A stretch of DNA of 63,720 nucleotides, filler included, from Asterionella formosa (taxonomy: Eukaryota): the NCBI GenBank assembly GCA_002256025.1. It is 2 parts of 2 records of this genome, joined end to end, with 100 filler letters (N's around TTAATTAATTAA, not from the genome) between each part and the next. Parts side by side here need not be neighbours in the genome. Positions count along the whole stretch, not along the records: positions 1 to 31,831 come from NKIB01000584.1; positions 31,932 to 63,720 come from NKIB01000594.1. One strand, written 5' to 3'. Each line of letters opens with the position of its first letter. Positions within the stretch are counted from its first letter, which is position 1. Of this stretch, positions 26,025 to 39,357 are shown piece by piece. Made by a program: the position numbers and the translations under genes. The notes under the pieces are model-generated. The model had not been told where the DNA came from. It did no database searches and worked only from the letters and a program-made list of their open reading frames with translations.

Positions 26025-26949
26025 ATGAAATAGTTCTGATAATTTTGAGAGTTTCAATGTGAATAATCTGTTAATGATAACCACATCAATTATATGATTA
26101 TTGGACCAGAACTGTGCCATGCATGAAATATTTCTGCATCATCAGGCAGCAGACTAAATGATTCTATGAATGCTTCTGGCAAGCCGAAAACATCAAGGCC
26201 AGCACTGCCTGAGCCTGTAGCACTCAGCTTGACAAATGCAAAACAACAAGCTAGCAACTTGCAGCTTTGACTATTGAAATATATCTCAGGCACCATTGCA
26301 AATGTCATTAGCATTGCTTGTGTTGTTGTTGATGGTTGTTTCATGATGGGTGAGCGGTAAGAATACAATAATTTTATAAATCTATCAACAAATAAATAGA
26401 AAATAATAAAATGTAGTTTTTTTCGCACACATGGAATATTTGGGAGTGTTTTGTCAGATGTACAGGGGAGGGGGTATAGGACTATGAGGAGTACAAGACA
26501 CTGGTGTTTATGGATGGTGTTGCTATTTGCAGCTTTCACCTTATAGGTAAGCCAATTGTGTGTTTTGTTTGCAGTTCAAAAGTTGATTTTGTTCCCCTTC
26601 TATGTCCTAACAATTTTCCCATCGTATTTGGTGTGACAGAAGCTTACTTCATTAGCAAGCCGCTTCCCTTGAAATTCATTGATTGGGAATGTAAACTGTA
26701 TGCGTTTTCTCAAACAAGTTTCATTGATAGTGCAATCAATGGCTATCCCCTCTGGATTGATGTTATCGCTCAAGGACATCATTACAGGAAGGGTCAGCCA
26801 TGGAAAGGATCTATATCTTATGGGAAAAAAGGTTGGGGAAAACTAAATTTGTTCCAAGTGATCATGCCAAATGTGATGACAGAAATTAAATCATATATAA
26901 TTTTCCGTTGTCTGGAGCAGGGAGGATGTAAGAGGAGGAAAAAAGAACT

Positions 26950-27990
26950 TGAAACGAAAAAGGCTCAAGAATTAAGCAAGAAAATTCTGATGAAAACAAA
27001 GAGGATGATTTAAGTGGATGAAGTCATTCTGATGGCTGTGGTACATGTTGATGACGTTTTATTGATTGGAACAAACACAAAAATTGAAAAGTTAAAGTTG
27101 GAATTGCAGAAGATGTTCAATATTTTGGATTTGGGAAGACTGAAGAAGCATCATGGAGTATGGTATGAATCGAAATCTGATAAAAATGGTGAAACCTACA
27201 TTTTGACTAGTATGACAAAGTTGGAGGATGAAGTTGGGAAAAATGTTAAGGAGAAAGAGACACCATTATATCCAAACAAAAACCTCAGAAAGAATCAAGG
27301 AGAACCAGTAAAAATAACGGAATATCGTTTTTTGGTTGGGAAAGTATTGTATTTGATGGCAAAGTTGGTGCCAGATCTGGCATACCCGCTTGATAGTTGG
27401 CACAACATCTGTCAAATCCAGGAGAGGAATAGTGGAAAGCAATTGAAAGATTGGTTGTACATATTAAGGCAATATAGTATGCTGGGTTGATGTAACTGAG
27501 CCCAAAGGAGCCGAGGCCTATATCATTTGTGGACTCAAGACTATATTGATGACAGGAACATTGTTTTGTCTAGTCTACATACAATCAGGTTGGTGAACTG
27601 AGTCTAAGACACAACATATAGTTACATTGTCAAGCACAGAAGCGGAGTATATCAGTTTGGCAAAAGGAGAATGTGAGATTAAGTTTAAATCCATGCTTCT
27701 TGAAGAAGCGATGCAATATCCAAAAGTTGGTTGGGCGTGTATACGAAGACTATCTAAGAACAAGAGCTATCTATTTGGTAAGGAACCAACATTTGGGTGA
27801 ACGGACAAAGCATATCGATGTCAGGACACATTTCATCCGAGAACTTAAAGATCAAGGATATTTGATGGCATAGTTTGTACAATCGGAAGAGGACTCAGCT
27901 GACATACTTAGCAAGAAATGTCCAGAGAAGTTGCACACAAAGCATGCAGCAAGGATAAGGAATGGAAATCTTGAATGTTGGAGTGAGGAT
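26950..27990 (+). mobile_element. Ty1/Copia reverse transcriptase-RNase H remnant
   Basis: VVHVDDVLLIG, DLGRLKKHHGV, VTLSSTEAEYISLA, VYED, RTKHIDVRTHFIREL and SADILSK are spread over several frames with stops. Confidence 0.9.
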
Positions 27991-28363
27991 GTTGAGGATA
28001 AACAAATACTGTTAGCAGACAGTAAATAACAAGTACTTCAATGACTTCACAGCCTGCACAACCGACAGTCATGGTGAGGAATTCCATGGAACAAGAAGGT
28101 CAGTTCAGGAAAATTTATGCGGGATTGGTAAATGGAGTAGCAATTCCTTCAGATGGAGTCCAACATGCAAGATTTACTTGTAAGACTGAGATTATTGGAA
28201 TTAAGAATCCTACAAAATCGACCAATGAGAAAGAGTGGATTGAGGTGAAAAACAAGTCCAAGAAACCAAGTAATTTGGCAAGATTAAAAGAATTTGGCAA
28301 GATTGATAGAAAAGTAATCTAAAGTTATCACAACATTGGAAAACAAATCTAAAAGCAGATTAA

Positions 28364-30300
28364 GGTTGCAGCCCCGGCTTATCCCTAGTTTGGGGAAAAA
28401 ACGCTAGGGTTGTAAAATTGACATGGAACAGGTAATTTGTTTCTTTGTATTCCCATGATGCAAAGATCTGTTTGAATGTTGAAACTAAGTAGAAAATGGC
28501 AGTACATTGACAGAGTTCCATTTTTAAAAATGAAGAAGTTTATGTTATGTCTACATTGCTTAATGTAGATATAATTTTACTCCCCGCCAGAAGGCATGTA
28601 GAGACTGTAGCTATATATACCTCGAGCATATCATATACAGATAGTCATCCTACTTTTATATAATATTGGTGCTCTTTGAGCTACAACAACGTCAAGCAAT
28701 GCAACAATCGACCACGGGTTCTGTTCGATCTCTACCACAAGTGAATGCCAATCCTCTTCCACACAATCATGTTCCGTGACCTACTTCTTGCTGTATTGAT
28801 TGTGAAATTTTAAGTTGCAGGATTTGAGAATCGCATCTTCTGCGAATGATGTGACTTTGTATGCCCAGATTGTCAATGTCGATGGGACAAGATGGAAGAG
28901 TTAGTTGAACAATACATGGAAACAAACTTGGTTCCGCTCTGACGTGACTAAGATGTTGTCATGCCAGGCCAATGAAGAAACCTTATCTACAAGTTTTTGG
29001 TCAAGACATTCTATGGCTTACTTGGGAAAGGCTTCCACATGGAACTTCCAGATTTATGTCTGAAGGGGGTTTGTTCGCTTCTCAAGAATAAGGATCACAA
29101 TGAAGAGAGTACACTGGTTTCCAACCAGTGTCTAAAATGATTAAACTTAGTAGCAAGTGAATGCTACTATTTTATTAGTTTGCTTGCATATATTTGAACT
29201 TGTCATCGTCATTGCATTGCTGAAGATAAACTCATTCTTTATAAGGTAAAAAATTAATGAACATATTCAAACCTTTCAATCATAGGAATTTAACAATTAA
29301 AAACAAAAGGTGGTCACTGGAGCAGGAAGGGAAGGTTTAATAACCTAGAGCAACAAATAGGCGAAACTGAAACAGTTGCAACACAAAATTCAAAGAGGGA
29401 GGCAATGAATGAGGAGGTGCGTCTATCTTTGGACATACATGAATGTCATGTTTGGTCCGATATTTGGAAAGGTTATTCATGGTGGAAAAATCTTAGTGAA
29501 GAAGCATGTGTTATCCTGGAAAACATGATGCCAGGACTAACAGTACGTTTTGATATGGGCTGGTAGCTAATTGCAACTGGTCTTGCTTATTAAGATTTAA
29601 AACTACAAAATCCATTGTTTGTATGGCCAAAAAGCAACAGCAGCACAAAAAAGGCAAACCATGGATGCCTTCCATTACATGTCAAAGAACTGGTTTCTTT
29701 TCTCAGATCCCTCACACCGAGTTTGCGTCTTCACTTACTTTGCCCCTGTTTCTTGATGTCTCGAGGCCAAAAACGCGATGCAAGATTGACCCAAAAAACC
29801 CTGCAACTGAAGATCTATTATGGATGCTTCATAAGAAAAGTCGACACAAAACATCAATGGCGCCAATCGATCATCTATTTGACAGTCATGAGAACTGTAA
29901 TCCGGAATGCTGTCCTGCAAAAGAAAATAAATGAGTTAGTAAAAGAAAATATCGGAACATTGATGACAACAAGGAAATGTTCAATTGGTTAATTGAAAAT
30001 GTTGGCAAAAGGATGGAAGGTGAGAAACTCAAAGCATTACATCACTCATTTGATACACAAATGATTGAGGTGATGAACAATGCTGTTGCGCGGTCGCTGG
30101 CTCCCAAAGCCTGCTTTATTGAGAAGTGTCAGTGGCGGGAAAACTGAAAAAAGGCGCTGACAAATACATGCCAGATGTATATGAAATGTCGGGGATGACA
30201 ATGCATGTCATCCCAACATCAAACCTTTTGGAGTCAACGGCAAAAAAGCGAATAAATGATGCCAATTACTTTTCAAGATTTCGGATGCATAATGTTCTGA
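28364..30300 (+). mobile_element. Kolobok-like DNA transposon remnant (terminus, KolX and transposase)
   Basis: TTAA|GGTTGCAGCCCCG terminus. KolX-like CPDCQCRW...*RNLIYKFLVKTFYGLLGKGFHMELPDLCLKGVCSLL/EYTGF at ~28860-29125. Transposase motifs LTVRFDMGW (~29540), PIDHLFDSHENCNPECC (~29865) and LHHSFDTQMIEVMNNAVARSLAPK (~30040). The right end was not found. Confidence 0.7.
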
Positions 30301-30827
30301 CGTTTTCGACATGCTGGAACAAGTCATGCAGCAGGCATTACGACGCCGTGATACAATACTGGCAGTCTTCATATTACAACAAGCCCGTCACAACAGCTGC
30401 AATAGTATAGCACTTACACTTTTACTGGTGTACAGTGCTGTACAACCAAACCCAACGCGTTGTCAGCTCGGAATGAAGATGAAGAACTTTCTCTGGAGAT
30501 GAGTGATCTATTTTCCATATATTATTTGTTTAAGGGTCGTTCTTATCATTTTTTTTCGTGTATCACGGAATTTGAATTTTTTTGAAAATGTATCAGCAAC
30601 GGTAACTCGATTTGAACTGAATTTCATTCATTCCAAAAGTGTCACTGTATCACTAATTTGTGATCACATTGTATCATGGAGTAAAATGAATCTTCAACGG
30701 CAACAGGCTGGCGAAGATCATGTGTATATCCCTCCAGAATATAATGATGGTCTTGATATCAAGCAACAACAAAATATAATTACCGGGAAACTAAATATAA
30801 TATTAAAAACACACATTTGCATGAATC

Positions 30828-31831
30828 ATGTCGTCGCCATTTGATTTACTTGATGATAATGACGATGACAGTAGTGATCTTGATTTCTTCTTCCTCTGTC
30901 ATTTAACTAAGGAAGCAGAGGAAAAAGAACACTCATCCAAACGACAAAGGCGACGCTGTAAACGGCAGCTTCAGTCATCTGAACGACGACGACAACGAAG
31001 GCACAAGTGGCACCACGAAAGAATCTCCTGGCAATCACATGTCGAGAAACTCAATCACGAGATTGCTTTCGAGAAGACATACAGAATGTCACACAGAGCA
31101 TTCAAAAAACTCACCTCCATGCTGGAAATTCAGATTGCAGGGAATTATTCCAAATGTGGCACTTCTGAGCCCATAATTCCCGAAATTGTGGTAGCCATTG
31201 GTTTGCGATGGCTGGCTGGTGGCAGTTACATCGACATTCGTCATGCCTACGGTTGTAGCATTGCTTCACTTTATCGATGTCGTGATTTGTTCATTGATGC
31301 TGTACTAAACTGTGAAGAACTCGAAATTATTTTTCCAAAAGAAAAAGAAGAATTTATCAAATTGGCTTCCAGCTTTGAATGCAAAAGCTCAGAGGGCGTG
31401 ATGAGAGGATGTGTTGGTGCTATTGACGGCTTCCTTGCCACCATCAACCGCCCGACTATAGTTGAAAGTGGCAACAACCCTGGTTCATTTTTTTCCGGTC
31501 ACTACATGACTTATGGAATCAATGTCCAGGCTGTTTGTGATGCTGACTCAAGATTTATTTATTTTGGTGTAATTGCACCGGGAAAATGCAGTGACCAAGT
31601 AGCTTTTGAAAAAACTTCCATTTTCGATCAAGTTGCAGCATTCAACACAGGTTTTTATCTGGTCGGCGATGCAGCTTACACATTGTCTGATGTAATGCTT
31701 GTTCCCTTTGTTGGCTCACAACGTGATGATCCAACACAGGATACATTTAACTTTTTCCTTTCACAGCTAAGGATAAGAATAGAAATGGCATTTGGTCTTC
31801 TTCAGACAAAATGGTGTGTTCTGAAAAAAAA
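30828..31831 (+). CDS. Harbinger/HARBI1-like DDE_Tnp_4 transposase, uninterrupted but truncated by the assembly gap
   Basis: FEKTYRMSHRAF, LRWLAGGSY, CVGAIDG, NVQAVCDADSRF, LVGDAAY and FNFFLSQLRIRIEMAFGLL. Confidence 0.9.
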
Positions 31832-31931
31832 NNNNNNNNNNNNNNNNNNNNNNNNNNNNNNNNNNNNNNNNNNNNTTAATTAATTAANNNNNNNNNNNNN
31901 NNNNNNNNNNNNNNNNNNNNNNNNNNNNNNN
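31832..31931. other. Assembly gap: N44-TTAATTAATTAA-N44 linker
   Basis: An exactly 100-bp symmetrical N block with a central six-frame stop linker. Confidence 0.97.
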
Positions 31932-32185
31932 GGACGAAGTTTTCCTGTCCTTCCCATGATAGCTTGTAATTTGCGAGAGTGGTCTGTAAATTTGTCACTC
32001 CAGTCAGAGCATTCTTGGTCTGTCAAATCTTCGCAGAATTGCGGATGAATCAACGGATGTTTTGGTCTCGGCGAAGTTTCTTTGAGCATTCGGTCCTGAC
32101 GATATGACTCCAGGAAATCTGGATGAGGAGGAACCACGGCGTAGACCAGAGCAAGAAAGGGAAGAAGGAATTTCAAGGAAGCCAT
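31932..32185 (-). CDS. N-terminus of a secreted protein, probably an M6 (immune inhibitor A-like) metalloprotease; truncated by the gap
   Basis: Signal peptide MASLKFLLPFLALVYA, then VPPHP and a C-x7-C segment ending in TGKLR, resembling diatom M6 protease prodomains as recalled. The catalytic motif is not visible. Confidence 0.55.
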
Positions 32186-33555
32186 GATGAATAAATGTAA
32201 GAGCTTGCGTTTGTGGTGTGGGGTTTCGGCTGTCTAGGAAGCACAGGAAGTGTCTTATACCGGTAAGCTGATGGAGCACCTTGAGCGGGCGATATCGGAA
32301 TTGAAGAAATGGAGCCGCCTGGAATAGCGTATGAACATAACAGATATTACCGATTAGCTGCAGGAGATTTTACCGGTACTCGAGCGGCTGACAAGCGATT
32401 GCGGTGAGTGTCAGAGATGGTTCAGATGGCATGTGTCCGAGACGAACAAGCGGTCGTTTGCTTTCGATTTTTGGCTGGTGGTCGGAGATGAAAATGAGCT
32501 GCTCCTGACGGTCGTGTTTGTTTTTTGACCAATGGGGAATGATCCAGATTAGCGAGCGGGTCTCCTAATACGTGTTTGTTCTTGCCAATGAATTTTCGCC
32601 ATTCCCACGCACAGCTGTAGCCTCAAACACTATGTATTCCAGAGTACCGGTGTGTATACGATTATTACTTCGCAGGTCTACAAAATAATCGGTATTCGAG
32701 TACACGTACCAGGTAAACCAGGGACGGTCAGCATTGGTTGATCTTACACATCATGTGATGAACAGCTACGGTAGACTAAGTACGGGTATTTGTACATGTA
32801 GGGTTACAATATTTACTTCGTGCAAAGTCTGTAGCCGATTGTTCCAGCTACTGCCGTGCGTCGAACTGTAGAATAAGGGGGTTACTTTGATTGGCCGCCG
32901 TTTGAATGATCTTCAAGGGCAAGGCCAAGTCGATACTATGTACCTTGTAGGTACCGGTACTGGTACCAGGTGCCAGTAATACGAGCTCTCTTCGAAGCAA
33001 AGAATATAAATGGTGAAATTTGTCGACTCCTAAATTATTTCCAGACAGAGAGTACCAGACACGGACCCTGGTGGAAGGTACCTGGTACCAGTACCTGGTA
33101 CTCCTGGTACCAGAAGCAAGGTCCTCATTCTACATACAACTCGACTGTTTATTGTGAGATTCTGTTGATGCGCTCATACACATACAAATTTATCAGTTAT
33201 AAGAACGGCACTGAAAGGCGGGAACATTCCTTCTGGCCGAGCCTACCCACGAATTAAATCACAACGGACTTTCGTGAAATCGTGTAATGCGGCAGGAATA
33301 TATCATGGATCTAAATACTGTTCAATTTTGGCCTCTGGTGGCAGAAAACCATCCGGGACCTAATTTGCAATGCTGGGTACATACAGAAAGTTGCTGTAAT
33401 TTTGCTGAAACTTAAGCCTTAGCTGCTTTTATCCCAGATTAAAATGTTTATTTAAGCAAAATGACCGCAACTTGCAGCATTTACCGGCACCAGCCAGGTA
33501 TTCCAATTTGAATTGACATGATTGTTGCTCGTTGTCCTGCACAGCACTTCTTGAA

Positions 33556-33710
33556 GGTTGCGGCCCCGCCTTAACCCTAGTTTGGAGTAAAATTCGCTCG
33601 CTAGGGTTGGAAAAACGGCATGGAACAAGGATTTGCTTCTATGAATTCCCAGGATTCGAGAGTGTCCATTTGACAATTGAATGTTTGTATTATATCTACA
33701 TTACTGAGTG
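33556..33710 (+). mobile_element. Second copy of the Kolobok-like terminus
   Basis: GGTTGCGGCCCCGCCTTAACCCTAGTTTGG...CGCTAGGGTTG..AAA..G.CATGGAACA.G aligns with 28364 onward. Confidence 0.7.
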
Positions 33711-36700
33711 TGGACATCCAAGGTGTCGCATGCCTCCGAGTTTACATGTGTTCGAGGCTGGGTGGCGCAAGTAGGTGGACCGTACTAGTGGCGCTCCCGG
33801 CACTGCGAGAAGATCACCCTACGAGTGCCATCCCAGGGGAGTACACATGTACACAAGAAGGCAAGTAGCCGCCAAGAAGGGTATTGTTGTGGCAATTCCC
33901 ACTCCAGCTATTGTCTTGCAATGAAACAGATAAGAAGAAAAAACCTCAACCCAATTGAAATCTGCATCATGATGTAGCGTAGATGATCTGGTTGCTGCAA
34001 CCATGGACATCGCTGAAGTAGTCTGACCCAAGTTGCTTGCAGTCCTTCCACCTACAGTCGTTCCTCCCATCAAACAGCAGCCCTGATCATTTCATTCTGA
34101 TCCCTTCTGATTGGTCATGATCGCCAGGAAGCTCCAGCACTATCGACTCCCTCTGGCTGAGTGTTTATGCAGCTTGTGACACAAACTCGCAGTATAAATG
34201 TAGCGGTCAAAGCGCGTTAATACAAGAAAAGCATTGCTTGGCAGCAACATTGACCACATCATGGTCAACAATGATACAAATCAACAAATGAGATCAACAA
34301 CAATACATCTTCAAACAGTAGGCATTGATACATACATCGGCCCTTTGGCCCTTAAGCAGATAAAAACACCAGAATCAAAACGACAGTGCCAAACGACAGA
34401 CAATGATGGAAGCGATCAAAACAGACCATGGAAGCAATCAAATCGGAAATTCGACAATTAGTATCTATGATCACATTCAGTGTTTCACTGTTGTCCTCAC
34501 CAATCCGCTCTAACAAGCGCAACATGCAGCAGACAATGGGCTCATAAGAAAGTCGAAAGCTCTTGTTACAAAGTCCAAATTGAGCAACGGCAGGCAAGAT
34601 AGAGTGTTTTATTTTAATTGAGAGGACGAAATCGGGCATACGTGAAATTAATGAATATGTGAACGATGCAATTTAACATTCTGGTCTCATCAAGATAATA
34701 CCGAGTCTACAGCGATAATACTATAACGTGCTTAAAGTAAGCGTTAAAGTTTAGCTTAAACCATGCAAGGTTGTTTTTAGTACCACGTACGTATGTAGGC
34801 TAGATGACTACTGGTAGAATATCCCTTGAGCATCATCACATGCATGACCAGAGCAAAAACTTGCCACCAACATCACATGTATCAATATCATCGTTCGTTC
34901 GACGAAATATGGACGATGCGACTATAGAAATCCCTCGAGAAGCCAAGCAATCCAACAACCAACCGCATCCATTAGACAACGAATCGATACTGCTGGCGTC
35001 ATCAATGAACTCATTTCGGTTCAGACTGGGAATGATGGACGATGATCGGCATGGTGAAGGGTAAATTGCTGGAGTCCACTTTTCAGGAGACAAACAAAAA
35101 CGAGGTGAATTCTAGATATAAATTATTGAAATCTGTAGAGTATTTAAAATTGTTTCCTTAAGTAGACCCCTTGCCAATTTTGGCAATCCCAGGGCTGGAA
35201 AACCGAGGGGCAATTGGCGTCAGTTGCAATGCCAAAATGCTAAGATAGGAAATGTACAAAATATATTTTAATCAAACCCGATTCGACGAAATGGTAGTCG
35301 CGCGTACTTTTCAAGAAGTACGCGAACTTCGAAGAAGAACGCGCGACTTGAATTTTGCAAGATATTTGAAAAAAACAGCGAGGTCTGTGCACGATACACT
35401 TAAGGAATTTTCCACGTAGCGAGGAAGTACGGAGTTTCCCGTACCTCCTGGGATGGTAGTCATAGGGTGAACTTAGCACTATGGACACCCTGTACATCAC
35501 CACCGAAATAATGGTACAAAAGTGCTGGAATAACGGTGTTTTGTGATATTTGCCTACACCATTCATCTTTTGTTGCATATTTTTGGCGATTTTGCTTGAT
35601 GTCAAAGTGAGAAGGTACTAAATTTGGTAATTTCTCATCTAAATGATTACTGCTATTCATCACGCAGTCCAAATATGGTTCAGTGTATGTCATAAGCCGT
35701 GGTTCACATTAAACATCTGGATTACTATCCAAGTTAGGAGTAGTACTAACTGTACAATGTATACAGGAAAGAAATCTGTATTTCCCATTCCCTCCTCTAA
35801 AACCACATGTTTTACTGTGCTCATCTGTACTATTCCCATCTGCCTCAAACACCTCAAACACCTCAACGCATATACACCAGTTCTGGTCCGCCACCCCCTC
35901 AACAACAAGCAATTTACCATTCCGCCCCCCTCCCCCACCCAACAAAATTGTATATTTCTATCAGCAGCCATATTTTCATTCACTGCCGGCGCCACCACAC
36001 AAAATGTACAACTCCCATGCTCCTCCTCCTCAAGCATCCTATCATCGCTTTGCTGCCTCCGGCCAGCAGTCAACCACCAGCACCAGTCTACTACCACCAC
36101 TAGCTGGCTTCCACTCCAGCACACACCCATCCACCTCAACCTCACCAACATCCGGTACATGCTATTACCCCAGCTCCTCCTACATATTGAAAAATTCATT
36201 CCTGTGGACGTAAACGAAAAACAGAGTGTAAGTTTTTGTGATCTTGAAGTTAATTATATTTTCCGCTGACTACCAAAATTGCTAGACGATAGCTGGAGCG
36301 GGAATCACTCATACATATCTGCCTGATGAAATGAGCAATAATAGCGACTCATCAGATGACGAAACTCCTACACTTTCCGTACATACCGGTTATGCATAAT
36401 GCAGGAAGAAAACGAGAAAAGGCAACTGAAGGAGGAGCATGTGGAGGATCAAAGGAAGTTGCTTGGGTAATGTCCTCTGTATGTGTAGTTTGTTGAATAT
36501 TAGTAGCATCATGTTTCCTGTAAATCCCTTATTCTTATGGAGCTAGTACTACGCCTGTCTAAACTACCAATTAAAAAATAATATGAGTATGCACCATTGG
36601 TATTCTTGAATAGAAAAACCCTTCCTATTTTCCAATTAGCTAAACGAGTGATATCTTTCTAAACAATCATAATAGTATTGACATGTAATCTATATAATAT

Positions 36701-37299
36701 TACCTTCATTTGGAATCATCTAATACATCAAAATTTTCAGTGATGGATGACAGGTGGGACAGTGGAATACTGGAAGCACTTGAAATATTGAGATGCAATT
36801 GGATCACACCTAATCCCTCCTTAACTTTTTTCCATTAAATGACATTGCCTTTATTGGCGTGAAATGCTTTGGTAAATGGCGCAACTCTCTTGGATTCTTT
36901 TTTAAATTTTTCAGCTAATTAATTGACCATCGACACTTTTAACTGTTACACAATTTACACATGGCATAACTTCACATAATGCTGAGCAACTTGAGCAAAA
37001 TGTTGATCTGTAGGCAAGGGAACAAGGAGAGACCAATACTCGCCAGGTAAAGATATCTGCCAAGGATGATACATCATGGTACATGAGGAACAATGCTGCA
37101 TTAACAAAACTTGATCACATTGCTGTCGATGGTCACTCTCAACAGCGCCAAAATAATCCAACTTTGGTCTTGTATGAAACCGATGATGAATTATCCTCAT
37201 CGGCTGCTGCTGCTCCTAATGCTGCTCCTGTTCCCATTCCTGATGCTACGTTTTTTACCTGCACCCTGTATTGATCTGCTTTTTCGATTGCCTTTGTAT

Positions 37300-38760
37300 T
37301 CATGCGGTGATTAGTGATTGCAACGAAAAATCGGTATTTTTTGCCTCTGTATCAGTTTGTGTGTACATGTGTTCTGCAAAGATGTTGTAAGCTATATCCT
37401 GTTGTTCCCAATCTGAGAATCCCACTGTGAAGATCCTTGAATCTAGTCGAGGATTTGTGTGTTTTCTTCTAAAGTACAAAGCTTCTGAGCTACATTTTCG
37501 CCCCGAGACTTTTGCAATTTCTGTCCTGTCTCCTCTCAGGAGATATATCTCGGTATTTTTCAATTCATGTGGACTCAAAACAACTTCGCTTGTGTCATCT
37601 GTGGAATTAAGAATGTCGGCATGGTCATCAATATCCTGGGGATGGACTGGCTCTTCCATTTCTACTTCATTACGGGCATTATGGATGAGGGGTTCATCAA
37701 ATGCAGAATAGATTTCCCCGATTTCCTTGTTGATCATATTTTGTTCAGCTGCATTGGTCCCATTCCTCCTTTGTTACAGGTCGGACAGTGGATCTGGCAA
37801 TAACCCGCCTGCTATTCTGCTTTAACACATAATATCACATTCTTGCCTGTCCTATGTTATCAGCAGCATCAAGCCATCTTCCAAGATTGTTTTCTGTTCC
37901 TCCTCCTCAAACGTCATGATATTTTACCCAACCATAAAAATCAAAATATTAATGTTTCAGATATATCTAGTGTGATGCCCTTCAGCTTTTTGATTGGGGT
38001 GCATTCATTTGTCAAATGACGTGACATTCGCTCTTTGATTTGAGAAGTATATTCCATATTGTAGTAACTTGAGTGAACCTGTCATGTCCCGCATTTAATT
38101 CTTCCATCTCAATGTTGGATGTAAAATGAATAGAACCGTATTGAACAAACGTGAAATGGGAATGGTCATATTTATTGAAAGATTTGTCTATATGGGAATC
38201 AGCCTCCTTAATTTGAGTGTTTCTGGAGTCTAGCCCTCCATCATGTTGATGATCATCTGCCAGGCCAATCTACCATCCAAAGTTGATTGGTACCGGTCAA
38301 CATGGGCTTTTATTGTCCCTCCACTAGTCCAGCTAGTCAGCACTTGAAAGAATTCGTAATTATCCACTTGATAAACAATTCCGTGGTGGGGGATTTCCCT
38401 GATCAAGGAGGTCAACTCATTGTCCTCCAGTTCCGTTATCATATCTTGTTCATCTCAAATCAAGTAAAAAAGGGTACATTGTTCCTGTTCCTTCTTTTTG
38501 CTAAGTAAGCCATTAGTTTTCGTCTCCTTTTGCGCCAGTCCTGTGGCTTGCCAAGCCATGGCTCTTCTTATTAAATATCTCTATGCATATTCCGTTCTGG
38601 GCCATCTATGGTCTGTTTTGTCCATTTCCGACTTGTTCCAACATTTGAGTCAGTTCTTCATGTGTAAAGTTACTGGAGGATACATTTCCAATGCCTTCAT
38701 TGGCTTTTTTCCTTTATCCACATTTTGAAAGCCATAAGGCGCATCCTCTTTCCTGTTATA
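37300..38760 (-). mobile_element. Copia (CoDi-like) gag remnant
   Basis: LIREIPHHGIVYQVDNYEFFQVLTSWTSGGTIKAHVDRYQSTLDGRLAWQMIINMMEG resembles diatom Copia gag. The flanks are decayed and the boundaries approximate. Confidence 0.6.
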
Positions 38761-39357
38761 GGGTGGTTGTTTGTGTGATATATATTCCGGTATTTCCTTA
38801 TGAATTTTGCAAGTGAAACTATTGCTGATGTTCAGGTCCGAATGAGAATGGTCTGTCAGTAGTCCAAAGTCTTTGGAAACTGTTCAAGTGAAGCAAACTT
38901 TTACTGCTCAGAGACAACAAATGAAAGGTAGTCAATACAGCCAATTCCCCCAAATAGGCTGACATTGAAGTAATTCGTGTCTATCCTGACCTATGAACAC
39001 AGGGGAAGAATGTGGCCTTTTGACAATTCAATTTTTAATGTACAACTATATGATAATACCAGTATTGTCTTCTTGTGTTTGAGAGAATTTGGCAGAGGCT
39101 TGACTGTGTGTCCAAATAGATCTTAGCATTTTGGAAATTTCACCTTAACACTTCAAGCACCTGCAACGACAGGATCCTCCACTGCATTGATTTGGGAAAC
39201 AATCGAGTTCAGACACATTATACAGAGCCCAACTTGGGCAAATACTCCAAACGTACAGCAATTTTACAGTCCTTGATCACAGATGAGTTCACCATCTGGA
39301 ATAAAATTTTGTGCTATGATTGCTACTTCTTCACACTGCCTTCGCATCGTGTGTCCA

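Noticed and set aside
25395..26120. 241-aa antisense ORF (and similar shadow ORFs over other genes)
   Set aside because: These are antisense shadows of well-supported genes.
31876..31887. TTAATTAATTAA palindrome and convergent ORFs meeting at it
   Set aside because: This is an artificial stop linker inside an N gap; adjacency of the two flanks is unproven.
35643..36269. Overlapping ORFs on both strands
   Set aside because: C/A-rich low-complexity sequence lacks stops by composition and has no motif.
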